NCBI GenBank assembly: GCA_951406725.2 | Contig: OX597836.1 | Location: 36,208,001-36,272,000, forward strand | Length of the DNA stretch: 64,000 nucleotides | DNA from: Octopus vulgaris | Taxonomy: Eukaryota | Direction of reading: 5' to 3' | Part shown: piece by piece, positions 1 to 14,116 of the stretch | Layout of the letters: each line of letters begins with the position of its first letter | Position numbering within the stretch: the first letter of the stretch is position 1 | Translations under genes and position numbers: made by a program | The notes under the pieces: generated by a model | What the model saw: only the letters and a program-made list of their open reading frames with translations | Databases searched by the model: none | What the model was told of the DNA's origin: nothing

Positions 1-74
1 TATTTGCAACACCAATGAACTGCTTATCGTCAACTAAAACAGCATGCACTGAAGACACAAGATATGTGTTCTGG

Positions 75-792
75 TAGGTGTCTGTTAAGAAGCTTGTTAC
101 CCAATCACATGGTTTGGGGTTCAGTCCCACTGCGTGGCACCTTGGATTGTTGTCTTCTACTGTAGCCTTGGATCGACCAAAGCCTTGTGAGTGGATTCAA
201 TAAACGAAAATAGAAAACTGAAGGAAGCTTGTCGTATATATATATATATGTAAATTATATTAAATATATATATGTAAATTATATTTAAGCTGTCAATAGG
301 AAATTAATTTAATTAGAACTACATTAATTCATTTTATGAAAGGTGACGATTTCTCATAATTAGCAACATTTCACCTCGTCTAAGTCAGAATACTGCATTT
401 ATTTATTAGTGTTGTGAATATGTAAACTGCCTTGTCATAAATGGATATCATTGTTTTAAAAGATTGATCTAACACTATAGTCTTTGACAATTACTAATTC
501 TAAAAAAGGTTTTTAAAAAAAGTTTTAAAAATATATATATATATACACACACATACACACCCATATATATGTATATGTATGTATATGTGTGTGTGTTACT
601 TTGTGTCTGTGTTTGAACCCCCACCACCGCTTGAAAATCGGTCTTGGTTTGTTTACGTTCCAGTAACTTTACGGTTCGGCAAACGACGCCGATGAAAGAA
701 ACAATAGGCTTAAGAAAGCAAGTCCTGGTGTCAATTTATTCAACCAAAAAACACCTTTCAAGGCGGTAGACAGTGTAATAAGTGAAACAAGC
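75..792 (+). mobile_element. SINE group A (tRNA head, CORE-like segment, internal AT/GT microsatellite), degenerate and interrupted by a ~230-bp insertion
   Basis: B-box-like GGGTTCAGTCCC followed by GCGTGGCACCTTGG; 3' part ending GTGAAACAAG; aligns by eye to the copy at 2064-2468. Confidence 0.75.
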
Positions 793-808
793 AAAAAAAA
801 AAAAAAAA

Positions 809-839
<31 letters not shown>

Positions 840-1586
840 ATGAATGGAAGGATAAATCGACATCTTTCTTGCATCTCAAGATAAAACTGGAACTCTAATA
901 CGTCTCCGTTTATCTCTCGCAGATATTATTTCTTGGTTTGTTACTCTATTTCACAAGATGTTCTTCAGAGTCTGGGATTTCATCATGCATCACACTAGGA
1001 TGATTTTGATGTTTTACGCAAATATTAGAAATCGTTCATTGAAAAATAACTCACACACACATGATCGCACGAACTCATGCACACACACACATTCACGGAT
1101 ACATACACACACTCGCACGCAAGATGAGAGATTAACTGCAGATTTTATATCTAAATGAAATTATCGTTAATGTGTCTTGATCTCTTGCACCCTTAACACA
1201 TTACAGGAGAAATAGAGACGATAGCAACCGTTTTGCGACATAGATTAAACATGGCCGGAAGCACCACATCTTCCCCACCAAAAAAATTTCTTTAAAAGGT
1301 TTACAAATAAAATAATAGGAACAAGTGATTTACTATACGTTTTCCTTCTCTGTATCGCTCTACATATCATTATACATTGGCTCATTGTTACACACTACTG
1401 AAGGTGCTTTATTAGCTTTTGTTATCAAATATAATATAATATGATAAAAATTAATGCAACGATATCTTTCTGAAATGCGTCATGATATCAAATTATTAAT
1501 TATCAATTATTCTAGTGCGTGATAATAGCAAAACTTTGTTATATCACTTTGAGAAAACAATGCTGAGAGCAAAAGGTTTATTAAAC

Positions 1587-1818
1587 TGTAAATTACATTT
1601 GAGCTGTCAATAGGAAAATAATTTAATTAGAACTACATTAATTCATATTATGAAAGGTGACGATTTCTCATAATTAGCAACTTTTCACCTCGTCTAAGTC
1701 AGAATACTGCATTTATTTATTAGTGCTCTGAATATGTAAACTGCCTTGTCATAAATGGATATCATAGTCTTAAAAGATTGATCTAACACTATAGTCTTTG
1801 ACAATTACTAATTCTAAA
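1587..1818 (+). repeat. Local ~230-bp direct repeat, second copy at 273-504
   Basis: Near-identical text TGTAAATTA...AGCTGTCAATAGG...ACAATTACTAATTCTAAA at both sites. Confidence 0.9.
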
Positions 1819-2063
1819 TGAAATAACGCACATGATAGGACTTGCATATTTTCGTATCAATCAACAGTATTGACAACTCAAATTAAGATAAGTGTTAATG
1901 AACGGTCATCCATAATTTAAAAGACCCACGGCCAAATCTATTTCAGATGCCTTGGGGCTATATTGGAGTACATTTGACCAAGATGTCGTGCAGTTGGTCT
2001 GAACTTGAAAGAACATGGTTGGAAAGCAAGCTTCTTAAAGCACACGATCAACGATATTAAACG

Positions 2064-2468
2064 TCGCAGGAGTGGCTGTGTGGTAAGTAGCTTGCTAACC
2101 AGCCACATGGTTCCGGGTTCAGTCCCACTGCGTGGCATCTTGGGCAAGTGTCTTCTGCTATAGCCCCGGGCCGACCAATGCCTTGTGAGTGGATTTGGTA
2201 GACGGAAACTGAAAGAAGCCTGTCGTATATATGTATATATATATGTGTGTATATGTGTTTGTGTGTGTGTTTGTCCCCCTAGCATTGCTTGACAACCGAT
2301 GCCGGTGTGTTTACGTCCCCGTCATTTAGCGGTTCGGCATAAGAGACCGATAGCATAAGTATTGGGCTTACAAAGAATAAGTCCCGGGGTCGATTTACTC
2401 GACTAAAGGCGGTGCTCCAGCATGGCCGCAGTCAAATGACTGAAACAAGTAAAAGAGTAAAAGAGTAA
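2064..2468 (+). mobile_element. SINE group A, full length
   Basis: A-box-like TGGCTGTGTGGTAAG, B-box-like GGGTTCAGTCCC, CORE-like CTTGGGCAAGTG, internal microsatellite, (AAAAGAGT)n tail; more than 10 related copies in the window. Confidence 0.88.
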
Positions 2469-2838
2469 CTGTAAAAGAATCCTGTTCCAGGATGACTAGC
2501 TGGTTAGAGATTGCACGCATAAAACCATATTTATTTCCAGCGTAAATGAATTGGTTATACACTTAAAAGACGAAAGTAGGGCCTTCCTCTGTAATGATTC
2601 TCGGTGGACCAGAGCCCTGAAAAGGATATTGGCTACATGGGAATTTTATAGAAGCATTTCGGAGGAACGTATATCGTCACTCCTTTTAAAGCCCAACAGC
2701 ATTTGGGCCTTATAAATCTCTCACAGATTCTCACTCTTATAAGCAATGAATTCCAATTTCTTCTCTGGGGTTTACGCTTCAGCACCACCAATTTTAGAAG
2801 GACTATAAATGGTCACTTTTATTTTACAGTAGCCCTTC

Positions 2839-3011
2839 AGCCAGGAACAGTCTTCGCTACATTTGCGGTACCTGCCAGAGGAAGTGTTTGTCCAGGATAG
2901 GACTACACAGCCACAGCAGGAAATGTATCAGGACATGAAATGTAAAAGCCGGACTAGACTACTTTATGCGCAACTCCATTGTCTCCCGAGACAAAAAGGA
3001 TGCCAACCAAC
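2839..3011 (+). mobile_element. 5'-truncated RTE-clade LINE 3' end
   Basis: Translates YICGTCQRKCLSRIGLHSHSRKC, the RTE C-terminal CxxC..SRIGL.SH motif; RTE-type 3' UTR CCATTGTCTCCCGAGACA..GGATGCC; flanked by direct repeat AGCCCTTC (2831-2838 and 3012-3019). Confidence 0.8.
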
Positions 3012-3837
3012 AGCCCTTCCTAAGTAAGTCATGAACTAATGTTGATTATATCGAATCCAGGTTTACAAAATCTAAAACTGTCCCGTCCTTCGACGTGGGT
3101 AAGCCATTAATCGCAAGCAAACGGAATTCACGATAAAGCTTGTAAAGTTAATCCTTTCGATCAATGAATATTAAACTTGGCTCGCGGGACCTACATTGCG
3201 GTGATTTTCTTGAGTCACCGTCTCACACTTGCAAACTAATCCATCGCAAGGTTACTGGAGCGACGTGAATTGAAGTATTATGAGCAAGAGCTCAAAGTGC
3301 ATCCCGTCTGGGAATCGAAACTGTGATGTCGTGACCATGAGAGCAACATCCTGACCACTGGGCCACAAGCCTTCACCTAAGAACGATGGTAAATTGACAT
3401 GTCGGTTTGATAGTTATTGACTTTCACGCCTCTAGTTCTCACCAACATCCATGTGATAAGCAAATGAAACAAACAAAAACAAAAAAAAAACAGTGTTGGT
3501 TAATAGCAGTACATGGCAAACATAAACGTTTAGCTACAAATCGGTTTGCCATGAAGATAGGTAGAGGTTAACTTTTATGTCTGTTGCCTTCGTTGGTTGT
3601 CTGAAGAGAGGGGCTGAACTTCTCGGCAATAAAGATATAGACAGATGACTTGAAACTACTAAGAAAATATTAAGCAAGATGAAAAGAAAACTAAATCAAA
3701 GAACGAAACATGTGGTGGATCGTAGTCAAGCGGGGGGGGGGGGGGATTTTTAATGAGAACTAGAAATTGAACCTGCATACACTTGTTAACAAAGTGAAGT
3801 TCTTAACTGTAGTGCAATGCATATACGTGCGTGAATG

Positions 3838-3875
3838 ATTATATACATACATACATGCATACATACATACATACA

Positions 3876-3911
<36 letters not shown>

Positions 3912-3979
3912 TATATATGTTTATATATGGAGAGAGAGATGGCTAGATAGATAGATAGATAAATAGATAGATAGATATG

Positions 3980-4023
<44 letters not shown>

Positions 4024-4040
4024 GAGGTAGATAGATAGAC

Positions 4041-4071
<31 letters not shown>

Positions 4072-4082
4072 CAGATAGGTAC

Positions 4083-4137
<55 letters not shown>

Positions 4138-4140
4138 TAA
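3838..4140. repeat. Compound microsatellite (ATAC)n-(AT)n-(AGAT)n
   Basis: Direct reading. Confidence 0.95.
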
Positions 4141-4151
4141 ATATACACAGC

Positions 4152-4345
4152 TGCAAGCGTGGCTGTGTTGTAAGGAGGTTAGTTCCCAACTATATGACAT
4201 GGTCCTGAGTGCAGTCTTATTGCGTGGCACCTTGGGCAATTATCTCTCACAAAAGCCCCGGACCGATCAAAGCCTTGTGAATGAATCTGATAAACAGAAT
4301 TTGGAAGAAGCCCATCGTATATGTATGAGCGTGTGTGTGTGTGTT
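4152..4345 (+). mobile_element. SINE group A, 5' half, degenerate
   Basis: GCGTGGCTGTG...GCGTGGCACCTTGGGCAA...GAAGCCCATCGTAT. Confidence 0.7.
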
Positions 4346-5468
4346 TGTGATTTTAACCGAAAAAATTGGTTAATTGTATGCTTTCTATGATATAAGTTGA
4401 TATTTGAAAGTTATAGGTCCACAATAATATACTCTATGTGATTGATATCTGACACATAAAATAATATGATATTCAGTTCGGTTACTTTGAATTCGTTTTA
4501 TCTCTTAATGGTTTACGTATATAAACGTTGTTTTCATTAAGATTTGTTTGTTTTAATCATGTTTTCTGCTTCTTTCAGGTTGAAATATTGGTTTAAACAC
4601 AATCTTCTATAATTAAATTTTGCATTTAATATATATTGCTCCGCATTGATTTCCTCTGATTCTTTGTCCACAGATGATTAAAAGTTGATAAAGTGAAATG
4701 CCATTCTGTTAGTTTACGTTTGGTTCTTTTCAATTATGGTTCCGTTCTTAATCCTGTTGAATAAGTTATTTGGTAGCGATACGTATAAAATTATATTCTT
4801 TGATTGATCGATATGTTTACAGTTCTAGACTGAAATTTGCTCAGGCTAGAATTATTCTCCGCTTTATGCATTTGTAACGCGTGTTTTCAATTAAGTTCAA
4901 AAATATAGATTTTCAGTATATTAAGTTTGCTAGTTTATTTTAATATATTATGTTTTCTAAATTCGCATTTGAGCTTTTAATGGTAATATCGACTTTAATG
5001 ACATTTTTTTTAATTTTCTATATTTTATACAAGATTCATGGTTCCGATTCGACGTTTGTATTTGTGTTTTATAACAATAAGTGGGAGCAGACATAAAAGG
5101 CATATTATGCTGAAGGTTAGCTCCCGTTTCCTAACTCTTTCACATCGGTTACGCTTTTAACGCTGTTGATACCGCCAGCAGGAATGGTAAAGCCCGGGTG
5201 TCGAGATTATGATAATATCAGAATGGCAGCTGAGGGTGAGATACAAACATTTGTTGTACTTAAACAGTGATTTCTTGGTTTCTAAATGACCGGTGATTGG
5301 TGGTTTTGTTGTATATATTATACCATATATTGATATTGCGATATTTTGCTTCATTGGGCTTTAAATCTGGCAAATGTTATAGTTGTTCATCGAGTTTGTT
5401 GTTTATGAAGGTTTCGTAACCTATTTATATATACAAACATACACATATACTTAAATACATACCTACAA

Positions 5469-5509
<41 letters not shown>

Positions 5510-5927
5510 CACTAGCTGAACCAGTGAAAAATTGACGGAAAACAAAAGATGTAAGCATCTATAAAGTGTCCTCGTGCCATGAGAAAGGCTTATATATTAT
5601 GACTGCCTGTCTTTACGCTCTGAGTTCAAATTCTGACGCGGTCGACTTTGCATTTTTTGTCCCCTCGGGCTCGATAAATTAAGTGCCAGTTGTGTACTGG
5701 AGTCGATCTAATCAACTGGCCCTCTAACCACAAAAATTTCATGCCTAGAAAAGTACATTGTGATAGTTACAGAATATAGAAAGTAATGTAACACCAATGA
5801 CTATATAATCCAACCAAAATATCTCTGTTACACAAACGTAAACGGAATTTCTATTTAACATTAAAATACATCGTACATATTCAAGGAACCTTCCTTGTTT
5901 AGGGGCACTGAACGTTTTTTTCTGGTA

Positions 5928-6052
5928 TTCTTTTACCCTGTTACTTGTTTCAGTAATTTGGCGGTGACCATGCTGGAGCACCACCCTTTAGTCGAAGAAA
6001 TTGACCCTTGGACTTATTCTCTGTAAGCCTATTGCTTATTCTATCAGTCTCT
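5928..6052 (-). mobile_element. SINE group A, 3' fragment
   Basis: TACTTGTTTCAG...CCATGCTGGAGCACC is the reverse complement of the group A tail. Confidence 0.7.
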
Positions 6053-6886
6053 TATATGTATGAGTGGTGTGGAGGAAATGGTGATGGTGGCTGGTGCGAT
6101 TTTCTGGCTTTCCGGTATGCCCAAAGAGATCCATTGGGCCGCTAACTGGTTCCCCGATCTTAAAGGTGTAATGTGAATGTGTAATGATGACACATCAACA
6201 AATGAGCCAGAAATTCTAACTTAAAAAATATAGAAAGAAAAAGACAACGTTGTATTCCGAATCCAAACTATGCTTTCTTTTTTTTTTAGCTGAGGTGTAA
6301 TTTTATAATGAAAACAAATACAAAATTTTAATTTTGGGACAAAGCACCACGTTTTTTGGTGTATGGCTGCAGTTGAAATGAGTCAAAACAAATGTGTGTA
6401 TGTGAGTGCGTATGTGTATGTGTGTATGTGTGTGTGTGGTTGGAGCTTAAATAGCAGTTTAAAGTCAGTGGCAGGAAGGAATTTAAAACGGCAACACGCA
6501 CAATCATATACATACAAACATCCACATACATGCATACACAAATAAATACCTAGAGATAGACGCAGACAAACAGTAAGTGTCAGATAGTCCACAACGAAGT
6601 CTTCACCTCTCCCTCTCTCTCTTTCTCTCTCTTCCTACCTGTTGCTTTGCCATTGACTGGAATTGTTTTAGTCGTATCTTCAAGCTCTTTCTCTCTCTCA
6701 CACTCTCTCTGTCTCTCAATTTTTCTCTTGCTATTAAAACAATGAATGTCCCAAACGATTCAGTATTTCAATTGAAAAACATATACAAAAGTATGAAACA
6801 GTTTTTGTTTAGGATACGGTATCCAGTATTTGCTGCGGTTGAAAATACAAAGCAAGCACCACCTTCCTCTGAGTCACTACTCACTC

Positions 6887-6963
<77 letters not shown>

Positions 6964-7170
6964 CTTGAGTTGTAGCTGTAATTCAAAGAGGTATGCTTTG
7001 TCATATTCTTTGTGAGGCTGCATCTCCCTGGGAACTACGTTAATGTTATGCATGTTGTGAGTTAATTTTATCCTCGTGTGGTAATGAAAAGTAAAATTGA
7101 CATCAAGTACTTGCTGTGTGTATGTATGTATGTATGTATGTATGTATGTATGTATATATCTATCTATCTA

Positions 7171-7244
<74 letters not shown>

Positions 7245-7307
7245 AACACCTTTTATCAATTCAAAATGGTCAAAAAAGGTGTTTTTTCTAATTTTTATGT
7301 ATTATAT

Positions 7308-7376
7308 TGTGTGAAATTTGATTTAGTATTTCTAAATTGAATTTTTTCCCTGTAAGTTAGGATTAATATTCTCTCA

Positions 7377-7380
<4 letters not shown>
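7308..7380 (+). repeat. Dispersed ~70-bp repeat E; also 32484-32556, 36859-36929 and 56081-56140 (minus)
   Basis: TGTGAAATTTGATTTAGTATTTCTAAATTGAATTTTTCCCTGTAAGTT(A/T)GGATT...CTCAAATA, each followed by (AAT)n or (AT)n. Confidence 0.85.
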
Positions 7381-7419
<39 letters not shown>

Positions 7420-8463
7420 TTTATTATTTTTATGTATATACATATAAATCGTCGGCTATCTACACAGACAAATACAATAAATTATTTTACTGAGTAGAGA
7501 TAAACTGAAAGAATTATCAGTTATACACATATTTTTGCGTATTTGAAATGGATGTATAAGTCAACGAACGGTAAACACTACAGATGCATTTAATACCAAG
7601 AGAATGTTTTTCTTTTACATAATGACGATCATACGTGTTTTTCGTTAAAGCATTGCTATTATTTCTTTACTGAACTGATAAGATGTCAAAAGGAAATATT
7701 CTAAGCAGCAGAGAACAAGCTGTAGAGAAAGGAAATAAATGAAGATATTACAACGAGCAAAGCCGAGTGCGAAAAAAGCTAACATATATATTTTACTGTA
7801 ACTACGTTTGCATAGATGTTAAATAAATGTCACGTGGGCGTTTTCGTGTAATGTTTCTTTATATTCACCGACTGTGAACTTTCGTTATAATTTCCTTACG
7901 GTTTAATCCAATGATATTGTGTGAAGATGGAAGTTTTCCCGTCGTTGAAAACTCTTCTTCTCTTAGCTGCATTGCTGCAATTGGCAAGGCTCATGATTTG
8001 ATTACCTAAGGCACCTTGTAAAAAAGGAATACAAGTAGAAATAAAACAAATATAAGGAAACGTGAGATGTAACAACATCACAAAAATAAAGTTATCTCTC
8101 ATGTTTGATTTCGTTCTCATTCATACATCTTTGTATAAAATTCGTAATATTTCAGCAATATTATAAAAACAAGTGAAACATCTGCTGAAGTATCTAGTTT
8201 TCTTTTCTTTGTAGATAAAAGAAAAGTAAGAGTTGAGTTATTCGCCGATGAATAGTCGTAACTATCGACGATGAATATATATTAGCATCCATATTCCCTT
8301 TATAGCTGTTGATAAGGTTCACAAGCAAATGAAATCTTTCACACCATTTTCAGTTGATATAAGTGTAAAACTATAAAACACACAACGCTACATCAAATAT
8401 ATATATATATACTTTTGTTTCCATAATTTATTAAAGCAAAAGTCGGATGTTTGGATAATTCTA

Positions 8464-8661
8464 TCATTCTTCGACATGATTTCCTCGCTTTTCGATGCGC
8501 CTCATACAGTCGTCCACAAGCATGGATATTCCATCAGAGAAGGTGGTTTTCGGCTTTAGTCACAGCCATTCGTACACCGCTCCCTGCACCACTTCGTCCG
8601 TATTAAACTGACGATCTTGTAAAGAATGTTTGATTGGCCCAAAGAGGTGACAGCCTGCAGA
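8464..8661 (-). pseudogene. Mariner transposase C-terminal relic
   Basis: Minus-strand translation SAGCHLFGPIKHSLQDRQFNTDEVVQGAVYEWL*LKPKTTFSDGISMLVDDCMRRIEKRGNHVEE*, which matches the mariner FHLFGPLK...F.DGI..LV.RW.KCIE..GDYVE pattern. Confidence 0.8.
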
Positions 8662-9081
8662 TAGTTGGTATGGTAGAATTGAGAGTTCTTTTTAAATTGC
8701 TCCCAGTCATTTGACATTTTTCAAATTTTCACCAAATTATTTTCACAAGATATTCCGCAAACAACCTTCCAGCGATGTCCTTTTACCAGACATAAAGACA
8801 CACACCACTGCATCAATGTACACATACACCTCCCCCTATAAGGTGGACATACTGCACTTAACTATCCCCATCATACTCATCACATACCCACCAAGCGTAA
8901 ATTCTACCCCCATATATATAAAACCCACAGAAAAATTTATACATATAACACTGCTGCACGCACCACACACGCCATCCCCGCAGACCGACCACATTATACA
9001 AACTTCCCCCACTTCAATGTTCGGCATGAAATTGTCGAACGCCCTAACGTCGTCTAACGACGGGAGAGTCCATCATATATG

Positions 9082-9143
<62 letters not shown>

Positions 9144-9520
9144 GTGTATGTGTACGTGTGTGTGCGCGCATTGGTTTCCGATTGGGTTCTGAACACTTTG
9201 CTTCTTCATGAAGATGTATGGGTACCATCCTGAACTTCGTTGAAACTTACGCGATTTTCACACCAGCTGGAATCCATGTAATTCCAGAGACGATATGTGT
9301 CAGAAGGAAAGAAGACCAAATATAGCAAGGAAGAAAAGGAAGAGGGAATGAAAGAAATACAGAAATTGACTCCAATGGTCGAAATGCTATTTATATTTCT
9401 CGATTAAAGTGATATAAAGCATGTTTTTCATCGGAGGGCTTTTACATTAGAGAGCTGAGAAGCAGAGCTTCTACAGAAGGCCTAATATGATCGACCCTGC
9501 TCACGAAACGCAACCAGTTA

Positions 9521-9706
9521 TCTCTCTATATATAAACGGCAGTTTGTCTGTGCGTGTTTCTGTGTGTCTGTTTGCTTGTACCCTCACCCTGACCACGGCT
9601 TTCAACCAATTCTGATGAAACTTGCTATTTTTTGGCTATAACTCTCTAAAGATGCTTTATAGTTATTTCCCTTACAAACCTGAGCAACGCCGGGCGATAC
9701 TGCTAG
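9521..9706 (+). mobile_element. Non-autonomous Helitron (~186 bp)
   Basis: A|TC 5' end, subterminal GC hairpin CCTGAGCAACGCCGGG, CTAG|T 3' end, no TSD; 3' ~85 bp shared with 37592-38091. Confidence 0.8.
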
Positions 9707-10253
9707 TCTGTCATAAATGCATAGGTTTCCTTTGTATGTGTGGAAAAAGAGAGGAGAGATAAATATCAGTGAGAAAATTGAATAAACCAATTCTTAGAAG
9801 CTAAATGACATCGGGGTATTTCTTCTTGTGTATTTCCAAGGTCGCCATCGAGAAATGCAATGAACCGAACGTTGACTCGTCTGAAAACCATAACCATATT
9901 CTCAATCGTTCATTTTATAGTGAGATAATACACGTGTGTTATTATGCTTGTTCGCATGATTATATTTATGATGGCATTAGTTGAGATTATGAATTCAGCT
10001 GAGACTATGTTTCAGCGGCGTATTACATATACATATATATGCTCATATAAACTTAATTACATATATATATGTCAAATTAAATGCGAATATATATACATAT
10101 ATGTGGGTGTATCTATATATGCGTATATATACATATACATATATATATATATATGCATGTGTGTATATCAGTGTACATATAATGTATATAAGTATATATG
10201 TATATCTGTGAATATATAAATATATACATATGCATATGTATATATTATAAAAG

Positions 10254-10284
<31 letters not shown>

Positions 10285-11068
10285 GCATATGTGTATATTA
10301 TAAAAGTATATATATGTATAATCATATATATACATATACATATGTGCATATTATAAAAGTATATATATATATATTTGTATATATATATTATTATTATATT
10401 ATATATATTATTATATATATAATATGATATACATGTGTGTGTATGTATATTTGTAGCATGTATGCATGTATGGGGTGGTGCAGATAGATTACGTTAAAAT
10501 TTTTCCTTGAGAAATATGTATATTAGACGTTAAAGAAGATAGGAGAGGATGAAGTTTTCTTTTAATGGTTTCTTTTATCAATGTCTATAGTTACCACACT
10601 GACTGCCATTGAACAGAAGAATTCTCCCAAGCTCAAACTTATTCTAATCAGGCAAAATCTTATTAGTTTTTAAAATTACTTCATTCAATAGAAATGAGAA
10701 ACTGTCAGTTATTAAATATATCAGATATTATATCTATCTGCGTGTGTGTCTCCGCTAGTTGTTGAGTAGTTGGTAATACACTTATATTGCCGCCTGTAGT
10801 GTAGAAAATAAGATATTGTAAATATTCGGCGAACCGGTTATTAGAATGCTGTTAACATATTGCACGTGTTTAAGTAAATATGTTTGTATACGGAGCGAAA
10901 TTTGAGTTTGGTTTCGGAATAACTGCGCTACGGTTGTTATGTAACGTCATCTACATTCTGAGTTTGAATTCTGTGTCGACTTCTCGTTTTAACTTTTCGA
11001 TGCGAATATCATAGCGGAATCCTAACTGTAAAACTGGTGGGCTTGTTGTCCTGAATTAATCTGGAATT

Positions 11069-11483
11069 AAGGCGGTGAGCTAGCAGAAATGTTGGTACGT
11101 CGGGCGAAGTGCTTAGCGGTATTTGGTCTGCCGTTACGTTCTGAGTTCAAATTCCACAGAGGTCGACTTTGCCTTTCATCCTTTCGGGGTCGTTTAAATA
11201 AGTACCAGTTACGCACTGGGGTCGATGAAATAGACTTAATCCGTTTGTCTGTCCTTGTTTCTCCTCTCTGTGTTTAGCCCCTTGTGGGTAGTAAAGAAAT
11301 AGGTATTTTGTCTGCCGCTACGTTCTGAGTTCAAATTCCGCCGAGTTCGACTTTGCCTTTCATCCTTTCAGGGTCGATAAATTAAGTACCAGTTACGTAC
11401 TGGGGTTGATGTACTCGACTAATCCGTTTGTATGTCCTTGTTTGTCCCCTCTATGTTTAGCCCCTTGTGGGCAAAAAGAAATA
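11069..11483 (+). mobile_element. SINE group B (Deu/Nin-domain-like), head-to-tail partial dimer
   Basis: GGCGGTGAGCTAGCAGAA head, B-box GAGTTCAAATTCC, GCCTTTCATCCTTTCGGGGTCGATAAATTAAGTACCAG domain present twice; TSD TAATCTGGAATTAA. Confidence 0.88.
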
Positions 11484-11526
11484 TGAAATAATCTGGAATT
11501 AATCATCGTCTCCTTACCAATAGGCG

Positions 11527-11732
11527 CCGCAGGCGTGGCTGAATGGGAAGAAGCTTGCTTCCCAACTACATGGTCCCGCGTTCAGTTCCACTGCGTGGCA
11601 CCTTGGGTAGGTGTCTTCTCCAATAGTGTTGTCTACTAAGTCCTTATGAGGCGATTTTGATTGACAGAAACTAAAAGAAGCCCATCGTATATGTGTGTAT
11701 ATGTGTGGGCGTATTTGTGTATGCGTTTGTAT
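11527..11732 (+). mobile_element. SINE group A, 5' half
   Basis: GCAGGCGTGGCTG...GCGTGGCACCTTGGG...GAAGCCCATCGTAT. Confidence 0.75.
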
Positions 11733-11740
11733 CCCAACTT

Positions 11741-12130
11741 TGCCCAAACGACCTGAACATTAGCTTCAAGGTTCATCCAAGACTGGGACCACACGGGCCA
11801 TACGTCCCCTGCCCAATTCAAGATCACAGCATACATGTACACTGCAACATAATTTATTTTCCTCTACAGGACCTGCCCTATTTAACATTGTCCCGAAAGA
11901 GATCAAAGAGGAAAAGGATCCCATCAACTTTAAACGGAGTCTGGATAGATTCCTTCAAGGAATACCAGATAAGCCACCGATAATCGGATACAACTCACCC
12001 AACAAACACTCACTACTTGAATGGACCATAAACAAAACTTGACTTAAACAGGATTGGAATAATCCTATCAGGTGGTGCTATTAAGTTAGACATGGCCTGG
12101 ACCAATCTTTGGTCGAAACATATCTAAGTT
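11741..12130 (+). mobile_element. CR1/L2-group LINE 3' end (ORF2 C-terminus plus UTR), frameshifted
   Basis: Translates ..GPALFNIVPKEIKEEKDPINFKRSLDRFLQGIPDKPPIIGYNSPNKHSLLEW; ends ATCTAAGTT; second copy at 47323-47514. Confidence 0.75.
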
Positions 12131-12610
12131 TTAACCGTTTAATAGTTCGGAAATTTCCAGTTATGAGAGATAAACTTAGCATGATTCAACTCATATCCAA
12201 CGGTCTTTTGCATAACAAAATATTGACAATGCACTGTAGACTTAGTCTTCTATAAATGTTGCTTAATTCTAAGACAGACTAACTATGGGCGGCGACTTCA
12301 TTTGTCTTACGACTTTTTGATCAGCGCTAAGCTCGGTTTTAAATAACAATGACCGTTTTTGCATAATTTGATTACTTAAACTTCTTAAAGGCCATTTATG
12401 ATTAAGATATATAGTCTATATAATCTTAATCTTTTGATTTTGTGCAAATGTCTGCTATCAGAAATAGATTGTGAGAAGATCCGAACATTCAATACATGCA
12501 AGATGGTTTGAGAAGTATTTAATTTCAAATTTGCTGGTATTAAGATATTTTTGTATAATCTCCAAATACGTTGTATCCTTAACATCTTGTAGCAATTATT
12601 TACTCCCCAG

Positions 12611-12826
12611 AAGGCGGATAGCTAGCAGTGTTGATAATGCACCAGTCGCAAATGCTTAGCGGCAGTTCGTCCGTTTTCACGTTGCAAGTTCAAATTCCAG
12701 TGAGGTCGACTTTGCTTTTCATCCTTTCGGGGTCGAATAAATAGTTCCTGTTGAACATTGCGGTCGATGTAATCGACTTTTCTCTCCCCCAGAATTGCTG
12801 GCCTTGTGCCAAAATTTGAAATCAAT
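12611..12826 (+). mobile_element. SINE group B variant with alternative tail
   Basis: Same head and central domain; tail GAATTGCTGGCCTTGTGCCAAAATTTGAAA, also seen at 18574-18770 and near 23990. Confidence 0.75.
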
Positions 12827-13179
12827 ATTTATTTACAGCCTAAAATCTGACAAGCTAGAAGAATCGATGGCTTTGTGGCTTTTAGTCTGTCTTTATGGTA
12901 TGGCTTCAAAACCCGTCGACGTCGAATTTTTTTCCCGTTTCACATCTGATAAAATAGCACCAGTGGAGCCCTAGGGTGATTGTAATCAATTATCTTTAAC
13001 TCCTTACAAATGCTTGCCTTCTGACCAAATCAGAAAGAATGGCTATTAGCTCATCCTGACATTTTAGAATGTAGATATGACTTCACTTACTGTTTCAAAG
13101 ATTGAGGGGTAAGAAAGTATAGGGTGTTCTAGCTGGTCGAGTGATAGATGTTCTCTGGTTAGTTTGAGTGCATCTCGTA

Positions 13180-13370
13180 TATCTGTATATCAGTGAATTT
13201 GACAAAGGGTGTATGTACACCTTTACTTCCGAGATGTTTAAACCCGTTTCTATTAACAAAACTCACGCGATTAGTCCTCGTATTTCTGTATATCATTGAA
13301 TTTGACAAAGGGTGTATGTACACATTTACTTCCGGGATATTTAAACCCGTTTCTATTAACAAAACTCACA
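13180..13370. repeat. ~100-bp tandem duplication
   Basis: CTCGTAT.TCTGTATATCA.TGAATTTGACAAAGGG...AAACTCAC occurs twice. Confidence 0.85.
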
Positions 13371-14036
13371 TGATTTCTTTCCCTTTTGCGTCACTCTTCA
13401 TTTGTGTAGTTTTGTATGTACAAACTGAACGGAAGAAGAGAGAAGGATAAACAAAGAAGCAATATGAAAAAGCGGGTAATGGCCTTTCAAGACGGGTTAC
13501 CATTGCGTAATTTTGAACGAGGAAAGGTCAACGAGTAAATGGCCATTGGTAATTTCTACAGGAACAACCAATTTTTAGTCGAACAAAATGAATTACAAAC
13601 TAAGCAAGCAAAGATAAAGAGACGCAATAAGATGGAATAACATGAATTGATAAGGAAATGTGAACTGGTGCATGAGAGCGATATCGACCATCCATAATAG
13701 AACAAATATCAAATCAATGCTTACTATAGCAACACATGTAGGAAACATCACAATAAAAGAATATTTGGAACATCATATGCAAATACAGTACGTATAAAAT
13801 TCAGATGTACTAGAGAACCGATAAATAATTTTCCATTGCATGTTAAGGATTCATAGAAGCAACAAACATGGCGTAAATATATTTATTTGTTCAAAATGTA
13901 TCTTTTATCAATAACACTTTACCATCTTGAAAGCAATTTTCTGCTTTCTCAGTTGAAAATAATCAGGTTGTTACATGTGTAACATATGGAATGCACCGAT
14001 TTCCTCATCAACCATGCTTCTGGATGTTTGTCCGCG

Positions 14037-14068
<32 letters not shown>

Positions 14069-14084
14069 TGTATGTATGTATGTA

Positions 14085-14116
<32 letters not shown>

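Noticed and set aside
4400-5420. Possible Penelope GIY-YIG relic on the minus strand
   Set aside because: Only a faint KRTKRKL-like stretch is visible, too decayed to support by eye.
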